Shown piece after piece: positions 42,351 to 51,028 of a DNA stretch of 64,000 bases; the stretch's first letter is position 1, and every line of letters begins with the position of its first letter. Position numbers and translations under genes: made by a program. The notes under the pieces were generated by a model. That model was not told the origin of the DNA, ran no database searches, and saw only the letters and a program-made list of their open reading frames with translations. The stretch lies in assembly GCA_963668645.2 (NCBI GenBank), contig CAXXWC010000001.1, forward strand, positions 192,001 to 256,000, given 5' to 3'. The DNA is from Desulfobacterales bacterium (lineage in GTDB: Bacteria; Desulfobacterota; Desulfobacteria; Desulfobacterales; UBA2174).

Positions 42351-42472
42351 TCGAAACGTTCCGTACGATGAGTAGGATTGATGATTGATCTAGCGCCGTG
42401 CGCTAAAAACGACTCGCCCGGAGCACGCAGACGTGGCCCGGGCGAGCGCATAAGTGTCTTGAAGGCCGATCC

Positions 42473-42631
42473 TCAGTGGTGATGGGCACCCTTTCCCTGC
42501 ATCGTGTCCACCACAGCCTTGATGATGCAGTAGGTCATGCCCAAACCGAGAATGGTCAGCGCGTACCAGAGGCCGCCCATGAATACCATGTGCGACATAT
42601 CCCAAATCCATTCGAAACCAAAGGGAAACAT
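42473..42631 (-). CDS. Small single-pass membrane protein (52 aa) downstream of qrcD
   Basis: Below ORF-track cutoff. GAGGAGGG RBS; MFPFGFEWIWDMSHMVFMGGLWYALTILGLGMTYCIIKAVVDTMQGKGAHHH; starts 24 bp after qrcD stop. Confidence 0.8.
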   Translation of the reverse strand: MFPFGFEWIWDMSHMVFMGGLWYALTILGLGMTYCIIKAVVDTMQGKGAHHH

Positions 42632-42655
42632 CGATCCCTCCTCTGCAAGCTCGGG

Positions 42656-43948
42656 TTAGGCCTGGGCCGGGGCGGCTTCGGCCGGCAGTTCTTCTTCGAT
42701 CGTTTCCGGCTCTGCCGGCGGGGCGTTCAGATCCACCTCGTTGGGAAACACCGGCAGGTAACGGTAGCTGAGGCTGACCAGGATGATGCCGTAGGCCAGC
42801 GGCAGGATCGTGGTGGCCACCTCCTGCCAGCTCGGATAATACAGGGCCCAGGTGTCGAAGGGCATCACCGGCACCGCCATGACCTGGAGCACCATGACCC
42901 AGCGGTTGACCGACACCCCGATCACCCCGAGCAGCGTGGCCAGGAAAAGGGTTTTCGGGTTCTTGCGCCCCTTTTCACTGACCAGGATCAACGCCGGGAT
43001 GAAGCCGCCGATGACGATCTCCACGATGAGCCAGCCGAAGTTGTAAAACCAGTTGTCGTAGAAATACCCGAGGCTGAACCCGGTTCCGGGTGCCGTCTGG
43101 GCGGCCCACCAGATCGTATCGAGGCTCTTGGCGATGATGTAGGTCAGCATCATCCAGCCGGAAATCTTGGCCAGGAGCCATACGGTGCTGTCCTTGACCA
43201 GCTTCTTGGCGGTGATCTTCTCGGTGATCTTGAGCAGGAAAATGGTAAAGCAGGGACCGAAGGCCGCCGCCGACCAGGTAAAGAGGAAAAAGGTCCAGGG
43301 CCAGATGAAGAGCCCCTCGCGGAAGGAAAAGGGCCGGCCGAAAAGGACCCCGGCCACCCCGCCCAGGCTCCCCTGGTGGAAAAAGGACAAAAAGGCGCCG
43401 GTGGCGGCAAAGACCGCCATGACCTCGTGCATGTTGTGGCTCAGGTTGTGGAAAAAGGGCACCCTGTCGATCTGGCGGTTTTCCAGGATCAGGGGGATGT
43501 ATTCGATGGTCAGGACCCCGAAGTAGCACGAGAGGCAGAAGGCCACCTCGGTGAGCATCGAATGGACATTGGCGTGCCAGAAGATGAACCACCCGCGAAG
43601 GGGTTGGCCGATGTCGATGGCCAGGATCAACAGGGCCGAGCTGTAGCAGATGAAGCCGATGAGCACGGCGAAGTTGATAATGTTCTTCAGATCGTCCTTG
43701 CCCACGATGTAGCGCAGAAAACCGGTGAAAAAGGCGCCACCGCCCAGGGCGATCACCGCCAGGTCGGCCCAGATCCACAGGGCGAATCCGTAGTAGTCGT
43801 TCATGTTGGTCTGGTTGAGGCCTTTGAACCAGCATAGCAGCATGGCGTAGACCCCCCAGAGCAGCACGAGCCCCACCGCACCGATCCACAGGACGAATTG
43901 CCACGTCGGGCAACGCTTGACGCCTTTGGGAAACAAAGCTGAATCCAT
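42656..43948 (-). CDS. qrcD: Quinone reductase complex membrane subunit (NrfD family)
   Basis: MDSALFPKG, LWIWADLAVIALGGGAFF, DIGQPLRGWF, HSMLTEV, SFFHQGSLGG. Confidence 0.93.
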   Translation of the reverse strand: MDSALFPKGVKRCPTWQFVLWIGAVGLVLLWGVYAMLLCWFKGLNQTNMNDYYGFALWIWADLAVIALGGGAFFTGFLRYIVGKDDLKNIINFAVLIGFICYSSALLILAIDIGQPLRGWFIFWHANVHSMLTEVAFCLSCYFGVLTIEYIPLILENRQIDRVPFFHNLSHNMHEVMAVFAATGAFLSFFHQGSLGGVAGVLFGRPFSFREGLFIWPWTFFLFTWSAAAFGPCFTIFLLKITEKITAKKLVKDSTVWLLAKISGWMMLTYIIAKSLDTIWWAAQTAPGTGFSLGYFYDNWFYNFGWLIVEIVIGGFIPALILVSEKGRKNPKTLFLATLLGVIGVSVNRWVMVLQVMAVPVMPFDTWALYYPSWQEVATTILPLAYGIILVSLSYRYLPVFPNEVDLNAPPAEPETIEEELPAEAAPAQA

Positions 43949-44005
43949 TTTATCTCGACTCCTGAAAGGTTGGGTTGGTCATCGGTTCCTGCCCGCCTTC
44001 AAGGA

Positions 44006-44809
44006 CTAATGGCCGGCGCCCTGGCGCCCGAAGTTGTACTGGTCGCACATCTTGCGCACCCATTCACGCTCGGTCAGATAGTAGACCTTGGGATTGGTGC
44101 CGAGCTGCTCCAGCAGACGAAAAGCCTTCTTCGAATGCCCGGTGAAATGATGATGGGAGTCGGGCTGGACGATCCGGGCCACCTGGTGTTCGTGATTGTT
44201 CAGGTCCCCGAAAACGATGGCCCCGGCCGGGCAGGCCTGGGTGCAGGCCGTCTGGTATTCGTCCTCGGCCACCTCATCGCGCTTTTCGTAGATCGCCTTT
44301 TCCTTGGCCAACTGGTAGCGGTGGTAGCAAAATGAGCACTTTTCCACCACCCCGCGCATGCGCGGCGACACGTTGGGGCTGAGGTATTTTTCCATCCCGT
44401 CCGGCCAGACCGGATCCCACCAGTTGAAATAGCGTGCATGGTAGGGGCAGGCGGCCATGCAGTACCGGCAGCCGAAGCAGCGGGTATAGATCTGGCTGAC
44501 GACGCCGGTCTCCATGCTGTAGTCGGTGGCCGTGGCCGGGCAGACCGAAACGCAGGGGCTGTGGCCGTGCTGGCCTTCGCAGTGCATGCACGGCCGGGGC
44601 AGGTAGCAAACATCGGCATCCGGATAGGATTTACCGTTGGTCAGCTTGTAGACCCGCATCCAGGTGATGCTGTCGCGTTTGTTGGATTCATCGACCTTGA
44701 ACGGGACGTTGTTTTCGGACATGCAGGCCACCATGCAGGAACCGCAACCGGTGCATTTGTCCAGGTCGATGACCATGCCAAACTTGTGCTGCTGAGCGTT
44801 CATTTCCAT
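44006..44809 (-). CDS. qrcC: Quinone reductase complex Fe-S subunit
   Basis: MVIDLDKCTGCGSCMVAC, PCMHC, CVSVCP, CFGCRYCMAACPY, EKCSFC, CTQACP. Confidence 0.94.
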   Translation of the reverse strand: MEMNAQQHKFGMVIDLDKCTGCGSCMVACMSENNVPFKVDESNKRDSITWMRVYKLTNGKSYPDADVCYLPRPCMHCEGQHGHSPCVSVCPATATDYSMETGVVSQIYTRCFGCRYCMAACPYHARYFNWWDPVWPDGMEKYLSPNVSPRMRGVVEKCSFCYHRYQLAKEKAIYEKRDEVAEDEYQTACTQACPAGAIVFGDLNNHEHQVARIVQPDSHHHFTGHSKKAFRLLEQLGTNPKVYYLTEREWVRKMCDQYNFGRQGAGH

Positions 44810-44827
44810 CGAAACCTCGTCGTCTCT

Positions 44828-47029
44828 TTAGGCTTTGGCAAGCTTGGCCTGGATGCCCCAGGCCGCGTCCAGTCCAGAGGCCGGATCGTCCACCGGTCCG
44901 AGCAAGGCGTTGACATTGGCGCCCTTGCCGGCCAGGTAAACGTCGAAGGCCGTATGCCCCAGCCCCCTGGGCATGGCCACCAGGCCGGGTCTCACCCCCC
45001 CGGCCAGATGGACGCGCACCCGGGCCTTGCCCCGCGGGGTACTCAACTCGGCATATTGGCCTTCGCGCAACCCCAAACCGTCGGCCGTTTGGGGATTGAC
45101 ATCCACGAAGATGTCGGTTCCCTTGAGGGTCTCGTCACCTACGGTCTTGGTCATGAAAGGGGTGTTGGCCGCCGCGCCGCCGGCAAGACGCAGTGAATCA
45201 TAAGCCACCAGCACCAGCGGATAGGCCCCCTTGTCCCCTTCGATCTGAATCGGCCGATAGGTCCCGGCGAATTCGAACTTGCCCGAGGCCGTAGCGAAGG
45301 CCCCGGCCCAGCTCGCCGGGGAGATCGGCCGCGCCACGTAGCCGTTTTCCACCAGGTCGTCCCAGCCGTCGCCCAGCGTTTCTTCCAGGCAGCCCTCGAA
45401 GCTTTCCCAGCTGAAGGCATCGGCAACGGGTGCGCCCAGAGCCTGGGCCAGCGCCAGGATCACATCGCCGCTGTGGCGGGTGCGGCGCTGGGGAGCGACC
45501 ACCGGCTGGGCCAGACCGATCAAGGCCTGGTTCAAGCCGGCCGGCGCGGCCACGTCCTCGTAACGTTCCAGGTAAAAATGGTTGGGAAGGATCAGGTCGG
45601 CGTAGGCACTGGTTTCATCCTTGAGGCTCGAAAAGCTCACGATGAAGGGAATCTTTTCCAGGGCTTTTTGGACCGTTGCCGTATCCGGTTGGGTATAAAG
45701 CGGATTGGCTTCGAAGACCAGCAGGGCCTGCACCGGGTCGGCCTTGCCCTCGGCCACCGCTGCAAAGAATCGATGGGCCAGGCTATGGGCATCGGCAAAG
45801 GGCGCCTTTCCCGCGCCGTCGATGCGCGCCTGCTGCAGTCCGTCGGCGGCCGTCGCGTCGATTTCGGCCTCAGGCCATTGAATGTAGTCGATCTCCGGCA
45901 GGGCCCAGACCCCGCCTTTGCGATTGACGGCACCCACCAGGGCGTTGAGGCTGTGGACCGCCATGGCTTCTTCCACGCTTCCGGCAGTCATCCCCCGGCC
46001 CCTTCCGCAAAGGGCCACCCCGGCGCCCGCCTTGGCAAACTCGCGGGCCAGACCGGCAATGACATCCTTTTCAACCCCGGTGATCTGCGCCACCTTGTCC
46101 GGCGTAAAATCGGCCAACACCATATCGCGCCACGCCTCGAAACCGGCGCTGTAAAAGGCGACGAAGTTGTAATCATACAACCCCTCGCTGAGGATCACGT
46201 GAGCCATTCCGAGGGCCAGGGCCGCTTCGGTGCCCGGGGCGATGGCTATCCAGCGGTCGGCCTTGGCCGCCGTATTGGACAGGTACGGTTCAACCTGGAC
46301 CAGGGGCACCTTGCGCTCTTTCCAGAGGCTGCGGGTGCGGATCATGCGTACCGGCGACCCCCATCCCTCGATGATGCCGCTGCCGAAGCTCAAGACGAAG
46401 TCGGCGTTCTCCAGATCGTACCCGACCATGGCCTGCTGGCCATGCATCCGGTAAAGGGCCATTTCGTAAGCATCCACCGCCGAAGCGGGTCGCATCAGAT
46501 TGGGCGATCCGTACACCGTCATGAAGCGCTCGAGCAGTGCGGAGAAGGTCCCGCGGCCTGCGCCGTTGACGGCCGCCACCGCCTGGGGCTGGCCGGCTTC
46601 GCGCAGTCCGGCCAATTTCTGCGCCACTTCGGCGACGGCTTCATCCCAGGAGATGGGAATCCAGCGGCCCTCGCCCCGTTTTCCGGCGCGCTTGAGCGGC
46701 CCGTCGACGCGGCTGGGACCGTAAAGCATCTGGAGGCCGGAAAGCCCCAGCGGGCAGATCCCGCCATCGTTGACCGGATGGCCGGCCATGCCTTCGATCT
46801 TCACGGCCCGCTTTTCCACCCGGCGCACCTGGATCCCGCAGCCTCCGGGGCACAGGGTGCAGGTGCTGTTGGCGTAGGTGTAGGCACCGTCGGGCGGCAC
46901 GGGAGTCCATGGCCACATCTGGGTCCAGATCGAAAGATCGTCCGTCAGCTTCCAGGGCAGGGGCGTCAACGCCGTTCCGGCGGCCCCGCCGATCACAAAG
47001 GATAAAAAGCTTCTGCGGTCCAATTTCAT
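44828..47029 (-). CDS. qrcB: Quinone reductase complex molybdopterin-oxidoreductase-like subunit
   Basis: Tat signal LDRRSFL; TPLPWKLTDDLSIWTQ; CISM fold motifs; between qrcA and qrcC. Confidence 0.92.
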   Translation of the reverse strand: MKLDRRSFLSFVIGGAAGTALTPLPWKLTDDLSIWTQMWPWTPVPPDGAYTYANSTCTLCPGGCGIQVRRVEKRAVKIEGMAGHPVNDGGICPLGLSGLQMLYGPSRVDGPLKRAGKRGEGRWIPISWDEAVAEVAQKLAGLREAGQPQAVAAVNGAGRGTFSALLERFMTVYGSPNLMRPASAVDAYEMALYRMHGQQAMVGYDLENADFVLSFGSGIIEGWGSPVRMIRTRSLWKERKVPLVQVEPYLSNTAAKADRWIAIAPGTEAALALGMAHVILSEGLYDYNFVAFYSAGFEAWRDMVLADFTPDKVAQITGVEKDVIAGLAREFAKAGAGVALCGRGRGMTAGSVEEAMAVHSLNALVGAVNRKGGVWALPEIDYIQWPEAEIDATAADGLQQARIDGAGKAPFADAHSLAHRFFAAVAEGKADPVQALLVFEANPLYTQPDTATVQKALEKIPFIVSFSSLKDETSAYADLILPNHFYLERYEDVAAPAGLNQALIGLAQPVVAPQRRTRHSGDVILALAQALGAPVADAFSWESFEGCLEETLGDGWDDLVENGYVARPISPASWAGAFATASGKFEFAGTYRPIQIEGDKGAYPLVLVAYDSLRLAGGAAANTPFMTKTVGDETLKGTDIFVDVNPQTADGLGLREGQYAELSTPRGKARVRVHLAGGVRPGLVAMPRGLGHTAFDVYLAGKGANVNALLGPVDDPASGLDAAWGIQAKLAKA

Positions 47030-47070
47030 CGATATTACCCCTTCGAGTTAAACATCCTGGCTCGGCGCGT

Positions 47071-47826
47071 TTACTTGTGGCAGACAAAACAGGCGTCGCG
47101 TTGGGTCTGGACGCTCGATCCGACCGCCGCCCGGCGGTCCAGCGGATAGATCATCGGTGCGATCTCCTGGCGGAAATGGCGCGTTGCCGGGCCCATGGCC
47201 TCGGCCAGATGGGCCGATTCCACCGCCTTTTCGTGGCACTGGGCGCAGTCGTCCATCTTCATGCGATCATACGTGTTGGATTTGAAACCGGCGATGCTCT
47301 GGCCCCAGATGTCCCGGCTGTAACCGGTGATACGGTTTTCCTGGTAGGGTTTGAGACTGGTGGAGGTCCCCACGTCGCCATGGCAGGTTTCGCAGTCCAT
47401 CTGGCCCTTGATCACATGGGCCGCGTGGGAGAAGAAGACACAGTCGGGTTGGCGCGAGTAAACGTGCCAGGGCACCTCGCGCTCCTTTTGAACGTACTGG
47501 GCCACGAAAACGGCCTCGTCTTCGCTTTCGCCCATCACCTCCTCGTGGCAGTCGGTGCACTGGGCCAGACCCGGCACTCCGGAAAAAGTGCCGTCCTCCC
47601 TGAAGAAGTGGCAGCTTTCGCAGTCGCCCACTTCCACGGTGTGCAACGCATGATTGAAATCGAAGGGCTGGGATTTTGTCGAGTAGAGCAATTGGGGAAA
47701 GATGACCCATCCGAGGACGATGCTGGCCGCAAACCCGAGAATGAAGAACAAGAGGATCGTTCCGCCACCCTTTTTCTCGGCGGCGGCACCGGAAGCCGCG
47801 TGCGCTTTGTCGTTTTTGATGCTCAT
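47071..47826 (-). CDS. qrcA: Quinone reductase complex membrane-anchored pentaheme cytochrome c
   Basis: ATG 47826 after GGAG; TM then LLYSTKSQPFDFNH; five CxxCH motifs; YSRQPDCVFFSHAAH. Confidence 0.92.
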   Translation of the reverse strand: MSIKNDKAHAASGAAAEKKGGGTILLFFILGFAASIVLGWVIFPQLLYSTKSQPFDFNHALHTVEVGDCESCHFFREDGTFSGVPGLAQCTDCHEEVMGESEDEAVFVAQYVQKEREVPWHVYSRQPDCVFFSHAAHVIKGQMDCETCHGDVGTSTSLKPYQENRITGYSRDIWGQSIAGFKSNTYDRMKMDDCAQCHEKAVESAHLAEAMGPATRHFRQEIAPMIYPLDRRAAVGSSVQTQRDACFVCHK

Positions 47827-48172
47827 GGAAACTCCGTCATCGGTGTTGGGGCCGCCGCCAAAGGCGCTCAATCGGCCGCTGAGATGGACATCACCCCGGA
47901 ACCCGGGAAGCTTGTCAGGCCGGCACGCCCCGCAAGCCGGTAGGGGAGAACGGCGGGGTCCAGCAACCGCCGAAAACGGGGCTATCCGGACGGCACAGTG
48001 CCTTTCGCCGAAATGCGGCGATGCGATGTGTCGCGCCGTGTGGTGTCATGCCTGCCATCGCACGTTCAATTGTCAACATCCTGTCAGATCGCTCTCAGGG
48101 GTCTCTGCTGACCGGCGTTAGGCGGGGCACCGGTTCGTCTTAAGCAGAAACCACTTAAAAAGAAACAGCGCT

Positions 48173-48201
48173 GATGTATCCTGTGCGCCGGGCTTTGTCA
48201 A
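48173..48201 (-). promoter_or_regulatory. Candidate sigma-70 promoter for qrc
   Basis: Minus strand TTGACA-N17-TACATC. Confidence 0.5.
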
Positions 48202-48313
48202 GTAGAAATGCCCGTCCGCCAGGCCAATTTAGGGCTATATTCCAAGCACCTACAATCCGATAGGCAAAATGGGAAAATCGCTGCGAACGACCCCTCGGAA
48301 CCCCTCGAACCGG

Positions 48314-49342
48314 CTATTGCCCCATGGCCCCGTAGCTGTGCAACCCGGGCAGGAGGTTGACGCCGAAGTAAGTGAACAAGACGGCCATGAATCCGAGAAT
48401 CGACAGGTAGGCGATGCGCCTGCCCTGCCAGCCGCGCATCAGCCGGGCGTGCAGCAAGGTGGCGTAGACGAACCAGGTGATCAGGGACCAGGTTTCCTTC
48501 GGATCCCAGCCCCAGTAGCGGCCCCAGGCCGAATTGGCCCAGACCGCGCCGGTGATGATGCCCGCCGAAAGAAAGACGAACCCGAACATCACGGTCTGGT
48601 GGGTCATCAGATCGATGAGCAAACTGTCGGGAAAGCGCATAAAAATACCGGCTTGGAGCCGCTCGTGGCGTCCCACCAGCCAGGCGGCCAGGTCGATCAG
48701 GGCGGTCAAGACGGCCGCCGCGGCCAGGGCCGGCATAAGGTGCCACCCCAGGATGAAACGGGTCAGGATCAATCCGAGTCCCAGCAGGTTCAGTTGCAGT
48801 ACCAGCAGGTCGCCCAGCCGGGATCCGGTCCCGGCAGAGCGGTCGGTGTGCATCCGCTCGACCAGGTACATGATGCTCAGGCCGAAAGCGACCGCGAAGG
48901 CGGCATAGCCGATAAAGCAGGTGATCACGTGGGCAATGAGCCAGTTGCTCTTCAGGGCCGGAATCAACGGCTGGATCCGATCGCTGACGTTGGGCGACAG
49001 CGAGGCGTAGGCCATGGCCAGAGCGGCCATGGGCAGGGTAAAAGCCCCGATGATGCGGTTGCGGTGGCGCGCTTCGATGATCAGGTAGGTCAGAGTGACC
49101 GTCATGGAGAAGAAAACCAGCGATTCGTAGAGATTGCTCAGCGGAGCGTGGCCGAAACCGAGCCGGTAGGACTCGATCCAGCGCAGAATGAATCCGGCCC
49201 CGTTGCCCACCAGGCCGACCATGGATGTCCAGGTGGCCACGCGGCCGGGCAGATCCCGGTGAAAGATCCAGCCGGCCAGGTACAACACGGCGGCCAGCCC
49301 GTATATGAAGGTGGTCAGGGAAAGAAGCAGTGAACTGGTCAT
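48314..49342 (-). CDS. ccsA: System II cytochrome c synthase, WWD-domain subunit
   Basis: HAPLSNLYES, PALKSNWLIAHV, GAVWANSAWGRYWGWDPKETW, GLHSYG. Confidence 0.95.
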   Translation of the reverse strand: MTSSLLLSLTTFIYGLAAVLYLAGWIFHRDLPGRVATWTSMVGLVGNGAGFILRWIESYRLGFGHAPLSNLYESLVFFSMTVTLTYLIIEARHRNRIIGAFTLPMAALAMAYASLSPNVSDRIQPLIPALKSNWLIAHVITCFIGYAAFAVAFGLSIMYLVERMHTDRSAGTGSRLGDLLVLQLNLLGLGLILTRFILGWHLMPALAAAAVLTALIDLAAWLVGRHERLQAGIFMRFPDSLLIDLMTHQTVMFGFVFLSAGIITGAVWANSAWGRYWGWDPKETWSLITWFVYATLLHARLMRGWQGRRIAYLSILGFMAVLFTYFGVNLLPGLHSYGAMGQ

Positions 49343-50808
49343 GAAGGGTTCCCTTGCCCCGCACTTTCGACGGCAGTGCCCGCGGCGGCGGCTAAGTCAC
49401 GGCCCAAACCGTCCAATCGACGCTGCAGGGCCATCTTGTTTCTGTGGGTCGTACCGTAAAGAGTTACCTCACTGCCCTTCCGGCGAGCCTGGATTTCAAC
49501 GCAAACCTGCTCGTGGGCCATGAAAAAGGTCACCAGACAGCCGAGAATCATGATCACGAATCCCAGGTAGACCACGGCAACCCCCGGATCGCGGGTCACC
49601 TGCAGTCCGGTGTAGTATCGCACGGCCTGCATGGCGGCCTCGGCCCGGGCCGCGATGGCCACCTTGCCGCGGCGCATCTTGTCGAAACCGGGAAACCGCA
49701 AAGGCAGCACCACGCTCTGGGGGCTCTGGCCCGGATGGACGATGGTGGCCGCAACGGCCGGTCCGATGGGCTGGCCCATGAAATCGGCCATGGGCAAAAA
49801 TCCGTCGACGGTCACCGTGCCCAGATCGTCGGGCAGGGCCACCGTATCGCCGATCCGGACCTGTTCGCGCACGGCGTTTCCGCTGCCGGCGGCGGAAATT
49901 TCCAGCTCGATCTTGTCCGGCGCCTTAGCCCCGGCCGCGTCAAGCCGCGGGGGGAGCTTGCCGTAGCTCGACTGGAAGATGTTGATCCCCTCGAAACGCA
50001 GCGGATCGTTGACGATGATCTCTTTTTCCCGGATCACCGTCCCGTCGCGCACCAGGCTGAGGCTGGAGCGATACTCTTTGGGTGTGCCGTTGGGGTACAC
50101 CGAAAGCTTGAAGTCATTGCAGCGGATGGCGAAGGGAAGCTTCAGTGACGCCTCACCGTGACGCAACACGATGGTGTCCACCGTTTCGCCCTCCGGAATG
50201 TTGACGTAGCCCTCGAACCCGAAGATCGAGCCGATCAACCCGCCGAGTACCAGGATCACCACGCTGGCATGCACGGCGTAAATCCCCAGCCGGCTCCAGC
50301 GCCAGCGCTCGGCGAAGATGCGCCGATCCTCATCGGCGGCCTCGACCTGCATCCGCCCGTAGCGCCTGCCGATGACGACCGAGAGCGGATCGGTCAGGGA
50401 CGCCGGTTCGATCGGGATCTCGAAGCGCACCTGATGGGTACTTTTGCGAAAACGCTCGATGCGGTATTTGGGCCGGCGGGTAAAAATAATGTGGGCCGTG
50501 CTCGAGAGCCGGTCGATGGAGCAGACCACGATGTTGGCCACCAGCATGAGCAGCAACAGCTGGAACCACCAGGCATGGTACATGTCGAAGACGTCCAGCG
50601 CCTCAAGAAGCCGATAGCGAAACGGGCCGAAAGCCCGCAGGTAGGCGGCCGGACTCTCGTTTTGCGGAATCAGGGTGCCGATAATGGAAGTGGCGGCCAG
50701 GGAAAGCAGCACGACCACGGTCAAACGGACCGATGCCAGAAACCGCCACAATGCGTTCACTGGTCCCAGAAGGCACCTCCCGGAAAGAGGTTGTTCATCT
50801 GCCTGCAT
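49339..50808 (-). CDS. resB: System II cytochrome c biogenesis protein ResB
   Basis: LASVRLTV, IGTLIPQ, DMYHAWWF, AVHAS, VNDPLRFEG, TGLQVTRDPG. Confidence 0.93.
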   Translation of the reverse strand: MQADEQPLSGRCLLGPVNALWRFLASVRLTVVVLLSLAATSIIGTLIPQNESPAAYLRAFGPFRYRLLEALDVFDMYHAWWFQLLLLMLVANIVVCSIDRLSSTAHIIFTRRPKYRIERFRKSTHQVRFEIPIEPASLTDPLSVVIGRRYGRMQVEAADEDRRIFAERWRWSRLGIYAVHASVVILVLGGLIGSIFGFEGYVNIPEGETVDTIVLRHGEASLKLPFAIRCNDFKLSVYPNGTPKEYRSSLSLVRDGTVIREKEIIVNDPLRFEGINIFQSSYGKLPPRLDAAGAKAPDKIELEISAAGSGNAVREQVRIGDTVALPDDLGTVTVDGFLPMADFMGQPIGPAVAATIVHPGQSPQSVVLPLRFPGFDKMRRGKVAIAARAEAAMQAVRYYTGLQVTRDPGVAVVYLGFVIMILGCLVTFFMAHEQVCVEIQARRKGSEVTLYGTTHRNKMALQRRLDGLGRDLAAAAGTAVESAGQGNPS

Positions 50809-51028
50809 CGTCTCATTTTATAAAATAGGATGCCGCCCCGCTTGCGATTGAGGACCTGCAGGGCGACATGGCGCCCTTGTATAGCAGATCCCCCCCTGGG
50901 GGGCAACCGGTCGCAACCGGGGTCAGCAAGGCAGCGGCAAAGGGTCTTGCCCTCACCCCGCAAAGAGGTGATCGGGCCCCGGCCTGCCTTTTCCTTTCCC
51001 TTTTTGAGCAGCGCGGCAAAACGAACTG

